Assembly: GCA_040290255.1 (NCBI GenBank)
Contig: PSMU01000001.1
Span: forward strand, 256,001-320,000
From: Nitrososphaerota archaeon
GTDB lineage: Archaea > Thermoproteota > Nitrososphaeria > PSMU01
Length of the DNA: 64,000 nucleotides
Direction: 5' to 3'
In this document: in pieces, positions 28,166 through 37,560 of the stretch
Position numbering within the stretch: the stretch's first letter is position 1
How the letters are laid out: every line of letters begins with the position of its first letter
Program-made: the position numbers and the translations under genes
Notes under the pieces: model-generated
Seen by the model: only the letters and a program-made list of their open reading frames with translations
Database searches by the model: none
Told to the model about the DNA's origin: nothing

Positions 28166-28185
28166 CCTGCCTTGGCGCAAGGAGC

Positions 28186-28279
28186 GCCCTGGTCGTATAG
28201 CCCGGTCTAGTATGGCGCGCTGTCACCGCGCCGACGCGGGTTCAAAGTGGCACAGCCCATGGAAGTCCCGCCCAGGGCG
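28186..28279 (+). tRNA. tRNA-Asp(GTC) with 19-nt T-loop intron at 59/60 (28247-28265)
   Basis: GCCCTGG/CCAGGGC acceptor, GCGCG-ctGTCac-CGCGC; BHB TTCA-AAG/TGGA-AGT; splicing restores GCGGG-TTCAAAT-CCCGC. Confidence 0.93.
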
Positions 28280-28311
28280 CCTCTCCCTATCCTTTCCCGG
28301 CCCCTGCCTGC

Positions 28312-29232
28312 CTACTGGCCCTTTGTGAGCTTCGGCTGCTCGTAGATGGGCACCCCAAAGGAAGGGTCGCCCATGGCCGCGACGAGCTTCCTGTAGAGCA
28401 GCCTGGTGATGGGCCCTGGCCTCCCCTCCCCTATCCTCCTGCCCGCTATCTCGACGGCCGCCACGAGCCCGGCCCTCGTGCCCGTCAGGAAGATCTCCTC
28501 GGCCTGCAGGGCCTCGAAGGGGGTTACGGTCGCCTCCCTCACGTCAAGGCCCTCGCGCCTGGCCAGCTCCATCACCACGCGCCTGGTGATGCCATGCAGG
28601 ATGCCCGATGAGAAGGGGGGTGTCTTCAGCCTCCCCTCCCTCGCGATGAAGATGTTCGTGGCCGTGCACTCGGAGACCAGGCCCTGCCTGTCCAGGAGGA
28701 TGGCATCGTCGTAACCATACCTGATCGCCTCTATCTTGGCCAGGATGCTGTTCAAGTAGTTGAGCGTCTTCGCTTCATGGGTGGTGGCATCGACGCTATC
28801 CCTCCTATAGGAGGAGAAGATGAGCCGGGCCGTCCTCGGCTCGCCATCCTCGGCCAGGGCCTCTATCGGCTCCGCTATGATCGCGAGCGTGGGCTCCCTG
28901 CAGCTCCTGGGATCTATGCTGAGGTCGCCCGGCCCCCTCGTGACGATGACCCTAATGTAGTAGTTCTGGCCGCCGTTTCTCCTGAGGAGCTCGAGCAGCG
29001 CCTCGATCAGCTGCTCCCTGCTCAGCGGGATCGTCAGGTCCAGGTACCGGGCCGACTGAAAGAGCCTGTCGATATGCTCCAGCAGCTGAAAGACGACGCC
29101 GCGCTGGGCCACGATGCCCTCGAAGACGCCGTCCCCGTAGAGCAGGCCGTGGTCGAGCACGGAGACCTTGGCCTCCGAAAGGGGGACGAACTTTCCGTTC
29201 AAAAAGGCGGTCAGCCCTTCCTTCAGGGACAT
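28312..29232 (-). CDS. ilvE: Branched-chain amino acid aminotransferase
   Basis: DHGLLYGDGVFEG, AKTLNYLNSILAKIE, ILHGITR, EIFLTGT. Confidence 0.93.
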   Translation of the reverse strand: MSLKEGLTAFLNGKFVPLSEAKVSVLDHGLLYGDGVFEGIVAQRGVVFQLLEHIDRLFQSARYLDLTIPLSREQLIEALLELLRRNGGQNYYIRVIVTRGPGDLSIDPRSCREPTLAIIAEPIEALAEDGEPRTARLIFSSYRRDSVDATTHEAKTLNYLNSILAKIEAIRYGYDDAILLDRQGLVSECTATNIFIAREGRLKTPPFSSGILHGITRRVVMELARREGLDVREATVTPFEALQAEEIFLTGTRAGLVAAVEIAGRRIGEGRPGPITRLLYRKLVAAMGDPSFGVPIYEQPKLTKGQ

Positions 29233-29316
29233 CCTGTCAGCCGTGCACGCCGCGGCTATTAAAGTAAATCGCTTGGAAAACTTTTATAGGAGGCCCCCTC
29301 ACGGGGGTCTTACCTC

Positions 29317-29616
29317 ATGTCTTCTTCTAAACGCTCTCCAGCCTCGGCCTCAAAGGCCAAGAAGGCCAAAGCCGCGGAGGCCAAGTTTAACCCCCTAGAG
29401 CACGTGCTCGTGCCTAGGCATGAGATCCTGAGCGAGGAGGAGGCGAGGGAGGTGCTCCAGCGATACCGCGTGACGCCCGATAAGCTTCCATACATCCTGA
29501 GCTCGGACCCGGTGGTGAAGGCCTTGGGCGCGAAGCCCGGGCAGCTCCTGCGCATAGTGAGGAGGAGCCCGACGGCCGGCGAGAGCGTCTACTATAGGGT
29601 GGTGGTGGAGGGATGA
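29317..29616 (+). CDS. rpoH: RNA polymerase subunit Rpo5 (H)
   Basis: HVLVPRHEIL, LPYILSSDP, RRSPTAGESVYYRVV. Confidence 0.96.
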   Translation: MSSSKRSPASASKAKKAKAAEAKFNPLEHVLVPRHEILSEEEAREVLQRYRVTPDKLPYILSSDPVVKALGAKPGQLLRIVRRSPTAGESVYYRVVVEG

Positions 29617-32600
29617 CCACCGCCCCTCAGCAGGCCAAGCTCGAGACCTGGCCCATCATAAAGGCGATGCTCGCCGAGAAGGGCATCGCCAAGCAGCACC
29701 TGGACTCCTATAACGAATTCATCACGAGGGGCATTCAGAGCATCGTGGATGAAGTGGGCAAGGTGGAGATAGAGGCCCCGCCCACGCCCTACGTTATAAC
29801 CTTCGGCAGGGTGCGCCTGGAGCCCCCGCAGGTCATGGAGATTTCGGGCGCCCCCTCCAGGATCCTGCCGCTGGAGGCCCGGCTCAGGAACCTGACCTAT
29901 GCCAGCCCCCTGAAGCTCGAGCTGACCATCGAGGAGAAGGGCCAGCCCAAGACGGTCGTGGCCACGATAGGCTACCTGCCGGTCATGGTGAAGTCGAGCA
30001 TTTGTTACCTCTCCAGGATGACGCCCGAGCAGCTGATCGAGGCGGGCGAGGACCCGCTTGACCCCGGTGGCTACTTCATAATAAACGGCTCCGAGAGGGT
30101 GATCGTGGGCCTTGAGGACCTGACCCCCAACAAGGCCATCGTGGAGGTCGAGAAGGTCGGAAACTCGACCGTCTACAGGGCTAGGATTCACTCCTCCATC
30201 GTGGGCTTCCGGGCCAAGTTGGAGCTGGTGCTCAAGTCCAACGGCTCCGTGGTCGTGAAGGCCCCCCAGATGCCCACGGAGATACCCGTCGTCATCCTGC
30301 TGAAGGCGCTGGGCCTCGAGAAGGATAAGGATGTGGCGGAGGCCATTTCGCTAAGGCCCGAGGTGCAGGAGATCCTGGAGGTCTCCTTCGAGGAGGCCGC
30401 GGACGTGGCCACCACGCACGATGCGCTCGTCTACCTGGGCAACAGGCTGGCGCCCGGCATGGCCGAGGACATGAGGATCAAAAAGGCCGAGAACTTCCTT
30501 GACGTGGTCGTGCTGCCGCATATAGGCAGGGACTCCTCCTCGAGGCTGGCGAAGGCCTACTTCTTGGCCGATGCGGTGCTTAAGCTGCTGGAGCTCCGGC
30601 TGGGCTGGATAGAGCCCGATGACAAGGACCACTATGGCAACAAGGTGATTAAGCTGGCCGGCCAGCTGCTGGCGGACATCTTCAGGACGGCCTTCAGGAA
30701 CCTCGTGGCCGACATGAAGTACCAGCTTGAGAGGACGGGCAGGAGGGACTCGGGCGCCGTCGTCGCGGCCATAAGGCCCGGCATCATAACGGATAAGCTG
30801 GCCAACGCCATCGCGACGGGCAACTGGGGCAGGGGCAGGGTGGGCGTCACGCAGCTGCTCGACAGGACGAACTACATCTCCACGCTCAGCCACCTCAGGA
30901 GGATTCAGTCGCCCCTGAGCAGGAGCCAGCCCAACTTCGAGGCCCGCGAGCTGCATCCCACCCAGTTCGGGCGCGTTTGCCCGGTGGAGACGCCGGAGGG
31001 CGCCAACGTGGGCCTCGTCAAGAACCTGGCGCTCTCGGCCATCATCTCCGTGACGGTGCCCAGCGACTACGTCCTGGAGCACCTGAGGAGGCTTAGGATG
31101 GTGGACGTGGCGGAGGCCGAGGCCGAGGTCAGGACCAACTACTGGCGCGTCTTCCTGGGGGGATCCCTAGTGGGCTACGTGCAGGACGGCCACGAATTCG
31201 TGAGGAGGCTTAGGGAGCTCAGGCGCAGCGGGGAGCTTAACCCGGAGGTGAACGTGGGCATCGTCGAGCCCAAGGACCCAAGGGGCACGAGGAGAATATA
31301 CATCAACATAGGCGCCGGCAGGGTGCTGCGCCCGCTCGTCGTCGTCAAGGACGGCGCGCCGCTGCTGAGGCCCGAGCACGTGCAGGCCCTGAAGGAGGGC
31401 AGGATCAGCTGGCAGGACCTCGTGAGCCTGGGCATCATCGAGCTCCTGGACGCGGACGAGGAGGAGAGCTGCCTGGTGGCCGTGGACCAGGAACATATAC
31501 GCCCTGAGACGACCCACATGGAGCTCTATCCCCCCTCCATCCTCGGCGTGGCGGCCAGCCTGATCCCGTTCCCGGAGCACAACCAGTCGCCCAAGAACAC
31601 CTATGAGGCGGCGATGGCAAAGCAGAGCCTCGGCTTCCCGTTCTCGAACTACCAGTTCGTGCCCTACGTGCGCTACCACCTGCTGCTGTACCCGCAGACG
31701 CCGCTGACCGTCACGGAGACCTCGGAGCTCCTGAACATAGACCAGCGGCCCATCGGGCAGGAGTGCGTCGTGGCCGTCCTCTCCTACGATACCTATAACG
31801 TGGAGGACGCGATCGTGGTGAACAAGGCGGCGCTGGAGAGGGGCCTGGCCCGCTCCGTGACCTTCAGGGTCTACGAGGCGGAGGCCAAGCAGTACCTGGG
31901 CGGCATGAAGGACGTCTTCGAAGTTCCCGACCCCTCTCAGGACATCAGGGGCTACAAGGGCGAGAAGTACTATAGGTTCCTGGAGGGCGACGGCGTGGTG
32001 AGCGCGGAGGCCACGCTCGGGGGCAATGATGTGCTCGTGGGCAGGACGAGCCCCCCGAGGTTCATAGAGGAGTACACGGGCGTGCTGGAGGGCGGCGTGA
32101 CCCACAGGCGGGACACCTCCGTGAGCCTAAGGCCCAACGAGGCCGGCATCGCCGACGCCGTCTTCATCACGGAGACGGTCGAGGGCAACAGGCTCGTGAA
32201 GGTCAGGGTCAGGGAAACGAGGACGCCGGAGCTGGGCGATAAGTTCACCTCCCTGCATGGGCAGAAGGGGGTCATCGGCCTCATCGTGCCCGCGGAGGAC
32301 CTCCCCTACACGGAGGAGGGCATCGTGCCTGACATCATCATCAGCAGCCATGCCTTTCCCTCCAGGATGACCGTGGGCCAGTTCCTGGAGGCGCTCACGG
32401 GCAAGGCGGCCGCGCTGCTCGGCAAGCCCCTCGCCGCGACGGCCTTCGGCGGCGTGGACCCGGAGGAGGTGGGCAGGCTGCTGGAGGCCTATGGCTTCAA
32501 GAGGACGGGCAAGGAGGTGATGTACGATGGCAGGACGGGCAAGAGGCTGCTGGCCGAGGTCTTCGTAGGGCTTGTCTACTACCAGAGGCTGCACCATATG

Positions 32601-32972
32601 GTGGCCGATAAGCTGCACGCGAGGGCAAGGGGGCAGGTGCAGATACTCACCAAGCAGCCCACCGAGGGCAGGTCCAGGGGCGGCGGGCTCAGGTTCGGCG
32701 AGATGGAGAGGGACTGCCTCATCGCCTACGGCGCCGCGATGGCGCTGAAGGACAGGCTGCTGGACGAGTCCGATAAGACCGTCGTCTATGTATGCGAAAA
32801 CTGCGGCTTCCTGGCCTACTACGATGCGAGGAGCAGGCGCTACATCTGCAAGATCTGCGGCGACAGGGCCCGCATCTCGGGTGTGGAGATGGCCTATGCC
32901 TTTAAGCTGCTGTTGCAGGAGCTGATGAGCCTGGCCATAGCGCCCCGCCTCGTCCTTTCGGAGAGGGTCTGA
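29613..32972 (+). CDS. rpoB: RNA polymerase subunit Rpo2 (B), unsplit
   Basis: GGYFIINGSERV, CPVETPEG, HGQKG, HHMVADK, GGLRFGEMERD. Confidence 0.98.
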   Translation: MTTAPQQAKLETWPIIKAMLAEKGIAKQHLDSYNEFITRGIQSIVDEVGKVEIEAPPTPYVITFGRVRLEPPQVMEISGAPSRILPLEARLRNLTYASPLKLELTIEEKGQPKTVVATIGYLPVMVKSSICYLSRMTPEQLIEAGEDPLDPGGYFIINGSERVIVGLEDLTPNKAIVEVEKVGNSTVYRARIHSSIVGFRAKLELVLKSNGSVVVKAPQMPTEIPVVILLKALGLEKDKDVAEAISLRPEVQEILEVSFEEAADVATTHDALVYLGNRLAPGMAEDMRIKKAENFLDVVVLPHIGRDSSSRLAKAYFLADAVLKLLELRLGWIEPDDKDHYGNKVIKLAGQLLADIFRTAFRNLVADMKYQLERTGRRDSGAVVAAIRPGIITDKLANAIATGNWGRGRVGVTQLLDRTNYISTLSHLRRIQSPLSRSQPNFEARELHPTQFGRVCPVETPEGANVGLVKNLALSAIISVTVPSDYVLEHLRRLRMVDVAEAEAEVRTNYWRVFLGGSLVGYVQDGHEFVRRLRELRRSGELNPEVNVGIVEPKDPRGTRRIYINIGAGRVLRPLVVVKDGAPLLRPEHVQALKEGRISWQDLVSLGIIELLDADEEESCLVAVDQEHIRPETTHMELYPPSILGVAASLIPFPEHNQSPKNTYEAAMAKQSLGFPFSNYQFVPYVRYHLLLYPQTPLTVTETSELLNIDQRPIGQECVVAVLSYDTYNVEDAIVVNKAALERGLARSVTFRVYEAEAKQYLGGMKDVFEVPDPSQDIRGYKGEKYYRFLEGDGVVSAEATLGGNDVLVGRTSPPRFIEEYTGVLEGGVTHRRDTSVSLRPNEAGIADAVFITETVEGNRLVKVRVRETRTPELGDKFTSLHGQKGVIGLIVPAEDLPYTEEGIVPDIIISSHAFPSRMTVGQFLEALTGKAAALLGKPLAATAFGGVDPEEVGRLLEAYGFKRTGKEVMYDGRTGKRLLAEVFVGLVYYQRLHHMVADKLHARARGQVQILTKQPTEGRSRGGGLRFGEMERDCLIAYGAAMALKDRLLDESDKTVVYVCENCGFLAYYDARSRRYICKICGDRARISGVEMAYAFKLLLQELMSLAIAPRLVLSERV

Positions 32973-32973
32973 G

Positions 32974-35900
32974 ATGGCGGCCCAGACGCCTCAGGCCGAG
33001 CTGACGAAGGTCATCAGGAGGATAAAGTTCGGCGTCCTGGCGCCCAGCGAGATCAGGAAGTACTCTGTGGTCGAGATCTTCGTGCCCGAAACGTATGATG
33101 AGGACGGCTTCCCGATCAAGGGCGGGCTGATGGACCCCCGCCTGGGCACGCTCGAGCCGGGCCAGAAGTGCGAGACCTGCGGCAACACGTCCGCGAGGTG
33201 CCCCGGCCACTTTGGGCATATAGAGCTGGCCGAGGCGGTGGTGCACGTTAACTTCGTCGATGATATCTACACGCTGCTCTCCGTGACCTGCAGGTTCTGC
33301 AGCCGCATCCTGCTCCCGGAGGCCGAGATCAGGTACTACGCGGAGCTGGTGAAGAGCAGGGGCTTCGATGTGCCGGGCCTAAGGGAGGCCCTCTCGAGGG
33401 AGATCGTGGCCAAGGCCAGGAAGAGCAAGGTCTGCCCGCACTGCGGGAGGGAGCAGGCCATCATCGACCTGCAGAAGCCCTACTACTTCCAGGAGAAGGC
33501 GGAGGGAGGGGCGTATGTGAGGCTTCTGCCCTCCGCGATAAGGGAGAGGTTCGAGAGGATCTCGAATGAGGACCTGGAGCTGCTGGGCTATGACCCCAGC
33601 GCCATGAGGCCTGAATGGCTCATCCTGCAGGCCCTGCCCGTGGCCCCGCTGAGCGTGAGGCCCTCGATCACGTTGGAGACGGGAATAAGGAGCGAGGACG
33701 ACCTCACGCATAAGCTCGTGGACATCCTCAGGACGAACGCCAGGATAAGGGAGGCCAAGGCGGCGGGCTCCCCGCCGCTCATCATGCAGGACCTCATAGA
33801 TCTGCTGCAGTACCACGTGGCCACCTACTTCAATAACGAGATCTCTGGCATACCTCCCGCCCACCACAGGAGCGGCCGCCCGCTCAGGACGCTCTCGCAG
33901 AGGCTGAAGGGCAAGGAGGGGAGGTTCAGGGGAAGCCTGAGCGGCAAGAGGGTGGACTTCTCCGCCAGGACGGTCATCTCGCCCGACCCGAGCCTCGACA
34001 TCGCCGAGGTGGGCGTGCCCTATGAGGTGGCCATGAGGCTCACGGTGCCCGAGTACGTGAACGAATGGAACCTGGAGGAGATGAGGAAGCTCGTGATCAA
34101 CGGGCCCAACGTGCATCCGGGGGCCAACTACATCATCAGGCCCGATGGCGTGAAGATCAGGCTGGACTTCGTCGCGGACCGCCAGGCCCTGGCCCAGAGC
34201 CTGGGCCCCGGCTACATCGTGGAGAGGCACCTAAAGGATGGCGACGTGGTGCTTTTCAACCGCCAGCCCTCGCTGCACAGGATGTCGATCATGGCCCACC
34301 AGGTCAGGGTCCTGCCCTACAGGACCTTCCGCCTTAACCCGGCCGTCTGCCCGCCCTACAACGCGGACTTCGACGGCGATGAGATGAACCTTCACGCCTC
34401 CCAGTCGCTCGAGGCGCGGTCGGAGGAGGCGATGCTCATGAAGGTACAGGACCAGATCCTCTCGCCCAGGTTCGGCGGGCCCATCATAGGCATCACGAAG
34501 GACCTCATAACTTCCGCCTACCTGCTCACCAGGGATGACCTCTTCCTCACGAAAGAGGAGTTCGCGAACTTCGCCTGGCTGGGGGGCTATGAGGGGCCCC
34601 TGCCCCCTCCCGCCATAACAGCGCCCCGGCCGCTGTACACGGGCAAACAGCTCATCTCGCTCTTCCTCCCCCGCGGCTTCAGCTATGTGATGGCCTCGAA
34701 GTGGGGCAGGGCCCTGAGGATAAGGGAGGGCGGCGACGTGGTGGTGAAGGACGGCGAGCTGATCAGCGGCGTGCTGGATAAGAACTCCTTGGGCGCCGAG
34801 GCGCCCGACTCGCTATTGCACAGGATCGTCAAGGACTACGGAACGGAGCAGGCGCGGCGCTTCCTGAACGCGCTCATCGCCGTGCTCCGCGTCTTCCTGA
34901 CCAGATATGGCTTCTCATACGGATATAGCGACCTGGACATAGGCGAGGCGGCCCTCCGGGAGATACAGCAGGTGCTGGAGAGGCGCTATGCCCGCGTGGA
35001 CGAGCTGCTGGAGAGGTATAGGAGCGGCACGCTGGAGGTGAGCAGGGGGCTCACGCCCGAGGAGGCGCTGGAGGAGTACATCGTGGACGAGCTCACTAGG
35101 GCGCGGGATGAGGCGGGGAGGATCGCCGAGAGGCATCTTACGCTCGAAAACCCCGGCGTGATCATGGCCAGGACGGGCGCGCGCGGCTCGCTGCTGAACC
35201 TCACGCAGATGGCCTCCTGTCTGGGCCAGCAGACGGTAAGGGGAAAGCGCATCAGCAGGGGCTACAGGGGCAGGAGCCTGCCCCACTTCCCGCGCGGCGA
35301 TCCCACGCCCGACGCCAACGGCTTCATAAAGAACAGCTATAGGAGCGGCCTCACGCCCACGGAGTTCTTCTTCCACGCGATGGGGGGCAGGGAGGGCCTC
35401 ATCGACACCGCCGTGCGCACCCAGCAGAGCGGGTACATGCAGAGGAGGCTCATCCATACGCTGGAGCACCTGAGGGTGGAGTACGACTCCACGGTGCGCG
35501 ACCCGCTGGGCAACATAATTCAGTTCGTGTACGGCGAGGACGGCATTGACCCGGCCAAGAGCGATCACGGCAGGCCCGTGAACGTGCAGAGGCTCGTCGA
35601 GACGATAAGGCTGACGGACAGGGGCGAGCCTGCGAGCGAGGCCGAGGCCGCGCGGCTGCTGAAGCGCTATGAGGGGACCTTCACGCCCAGCCTGCTGGCC
35701 TCGATAAGGGAGGCCCTGGCCAAGGCCCCGCTCAGCCGGGAGGGCGTCTCTCAGCTGCTGGAGAGGATCTCGGAGCTGGTGGATAGGTCGAAGGTGGAGC
35801 CGGGCGAGGCCGTGGGCGTCGTCGCCGCCCAGTCGATAGGCGAGCCCGGCACGCAGATGACGCTCAGGACCTTTCACTATGCCGGCGTGAGGGAGATGAA

Positions 35901-36840
35901 CGTGACGCTGGGCCTGCCCAGGCTGATCGAGCTCGTCGACGCGCGCAAGATCCCCTCGACGCCCAGGATGAGGATTTACCTGGACGAGGAGCACAGGAGG
36001 GACCAGGAGAAGGCCCTGAAGCTGGCCAACCAGCTGGTCTTCACGAGGGTAGCCCACGTGATCGCCGCCGTGGCCTATAGCCCCGAGGCCGGGGAGCTGC
36101 TGCTCACGCTGAACCTGGAGGCGATGAAGGAGAAGGGCGTGGGCATCGAGGACGTGCTGAGGGTCGTGGGCGGCGCCAAGAGAAAGGCCGAGGCCATGGA
36201 TGAGCGGACGATCAGGGTCGAGGTGGGGCCGCTGGGCCCCCAGGAGCTTCACAACGTAAAGCAGAAGATCCTCCATTCCAAGCTGAGGGGCGTGCCGGAC
36301 ATCACGGGCGTGACGGTTACGAGGAAGAAGCGCTCCGAGGATCCGCTGCTCATCGATGAGGAGGAGTGGGTGATCGAGACGGCCGGCTCCAACCTCGCGC
36401 AGGTGCTGCGCGTGCCCGGCGTGGACCCCAGCCGCGTGCTCACCAACAGCATCTATGAGGTCTACACCGTGCTGGGCATAGAGGCGGCCCGAGAGGCGCT
36501 CGTGAGGGAGATCTCGGGCACGCTGGAGGAGCAGGGGCTCGAGGTGGACAGGAGGCATATACTGCTCGTCGCGGACCTGCTCACGGCCAAGGGCCTGGTG
36601 CAGCCGGCGGGCAGGCACGGCGTCGTGGGCTCCAAGGCGAGCGTGCTGGCGAGGGCGGCCTTCGAGATCACCATACCCGTGCTCTCCGAGGCGGCCGTGA
36701 GGGGCGAGGTGGAGGAGCTCAAGGGCGTCACCGAGAACGTGATCGTGGGCCACATCATACCCGTGGGCACGGGCATGGTGAACATCATGATGGACCTCGG
36801 TGGTCTGGTTGGAGGAGCGGGAGCTTCAGAGGCTGCTTAG
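32974..36840 (+). CDS. rpoA: RNA polymerase subunit Rpo1, fused A'+A''
   Basis: CPGHFGH, NADFDGD, bridge helix, AAQSIGEPGTQMT and ARAAFE in one 1288-aa ORF. Confidence 0.98.
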   Translation: MAAQTPQAELTKVIRRIKFGVLAPSEIRKYSVVEIFVPETYDEDGFPIKGGLMDPRLGTLEPGQKCETCGNTSARCPGHFGHIELAEAVVHVNFVDDIYTLLSVTCRFCSRILLPEAEIRYYAELVKSRGFDVPGLREALSREIVAKARKSKVCPHCGREQAIIDLQKPYYFQEKAEGGAYVRLLPSAIRERFERISNEDLELLGYDPSAMRPEWLILQALPVAPLSVRPSITLETGIRSEDDLTHKLVDILRTNARIREAKAAGSPPLIMQDLIDLLQYHVATYFNNEISGIPPAHHRSGRPLRTLSQRLKGKEGRFRGSLSGKRVDFSARTVISPDPSLDIAEVGVPYEVAMRLTVPEYVNEWNLEEMRKLVINGPNVHPGANYIIRPDGVKIRLDFVADRQALAQSLGPGYIVERHLKDGDVVLFNRQPSLHRMSIMAHQVRVLPYRTFRLNPAVCPPYNADFDGDEMNLHASQSLEARSEEAMLMKVQDQILSPRFGGPIIGITKDLITSAYLLTRDDLFLTKEEFANFAWLGGYEGPLPPPAITAPRPLYTGKQLISLFLPRGFSYVMASKWGRALRIREGGDVVVKDGELISGVLDKNSLGAEAPDSLLHRIVKDYGTEQARRFLNALIAVLRVFLTRYGFSYGYSDLDIGEAALREIQQVLERRYARVDELLERYRSGTLEVSRGLTPEEALEEYIVDELTRARDEAGRIAERHLTLENPGVIMARTGARGSLLNLTQMASCLGQQTVRGKRISRGYRGRSLPHFPRGDPTPDANGFIKNSYRSGLTPTEFFFHAMGGREGLIDTAVRTQQSGYMQRRLIHTLEHLRVEYDSTVRDPLGNIIQFVYGEDGIDPAKSDHGRPVNVQRLVETIRLTDRGEPASEAEAARLLKRYEGTFTPSLLASIREALAKAPLSREGVSQLLERISELVDRSKVEPGEAVGVVAAQSIGEPGTQMTLRTFHYAGVREMNVTLGLPRLIELVDARKIPSTPRMRIYLDEEHRRDQEKALKLANQLVFTRVAHVIAAVAYSPEAGELLLTLNLEAMKEKGVGIEDVLRVVGGAKRKAEAMDERTIRVEVGPLGPQELHNVKQKILHSKLRGVPDITGVTVTRKKRSEDPLLIDEEEWVIETAGSNLAQVLRVPGVDPSRVLTNSIYEVYTVLGIEAAREALVREISGTLEEQGLEVDRRHILLVADLLTAKGLVQPAGRHGVVGSKASVLARAAFEITIPVLSEAAVRGEVEELKGVTENVIVGHIIPVGTGMVNIMMDLGGLVGGAGASEAA

Positions 36841-37120
36841 GACCGCCTTCTCGACGGGCAGGGTCACCCTGGGCCTGAAGGAGTCGCTGAAGAGGATCCA
36901 GGGCACAAAGCTGCTCGTGGTCGCCAAGCGGGCCCCCGAGTGGATAAGGGCCCGGGCCCTCGAGAGGGCCAGGGCGGCGAAGGTGCCGCTCTTCAGCTAT
37001 GAGGGCACGCCCATAGAGCTGGGCCAGCTGCTGGGCCTGCCCTATAGGGTCAGCGTGATGGCCATACGCCACCCCGGCGAGGCCGACCTGGCCCCCCTGC
37101 TCGGGGAAGCGGCGGCATGA
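36800..37120 (+). CDS. rpl30e: 50S ribosomal protein L30e
   Basis: TGRVTLG, GTPIELGQLLGLPYRVSVMAI..PG; conserved operon position. Confidence 0.9.
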   Translation: MVWLEERELQRLLRTAFSTGRVTLGLKESLKRIQGTKLLVVAKRAPEWIRARALERARAAKVPLFSYEGTPIELGQLLGLPYRVSVMAIRHPGEADLAPLLGEAAA

Positions 37121-37560
37121 CGGAGATAAAGCTCACGGCCGAGGAGCTGCGCATGATGTCCCTGATGCAGGCCATCTCGGGCGTCAGCCCCAGGGACTGC
37201 GTGATCGACGAAAGGTGGAACAGGCTGATCTTCGTGGTGAATAAGGAGGATATGGGCAGGGCCATAGGCAAGAGGGGGGCCAACGTGCAGCAGCTGGCCA
37301 AGCTCACGGGCAAGGAGATAGAGATCGTGGAGTTCTCGCCGGACCCCAGCGTGCTGCTGAGGAACGCCCTGGGCGAGAAGTTCGTCTCGGAGGTGCGCGT
37401 CACCGAGGACAGGGAGGGCAGGAGGATCGCCGTGGTGGTGACCGACAGCAGGAACACGAAGTTCGTCAGGGGGAGGGAGGGGAGGAACCTGCACAAGGCC
37501 AAGCTGCTGGGCGAGCGATACTTTCAAATAAGCGACCTTCAGCTCGTGGGGAGGGGCTAA
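37117..37560 (+). CDS. nusA: Archaeal NusA
   Basis: [14 protein letters not shown] motif, GREGRNL. Confidence 0.93.
   Translation: MTEIKLTAEELRMMSLMQAISGVSPRDCVIDERWNRLIFVVNKEDMGRAIGKRGANVQQLAKLTGKEIEIVEFSPDPSVLLRNALGEKFVSEVRVTEDREGRRIAVVVTDSRNTKFVRGREGRNLHKAKLLGERYFQISDLQLVGRG

Noticed and set aside
34915-36753. 612-aa antisense ORF inside rpoA, and many similar shadow ORFs (e.g. 10907-12277, 4899-6101, 59526-60800)
   Set aside because: Expected from high GC3 codon bias opposite real genes; no recognisable motifs
36800-36840. rpoA/rpl30e overlap and other 10-80 nt gene overlaps
   Set aside because: Common throughout this compact genome; consistent with stop-codon drift at high GC
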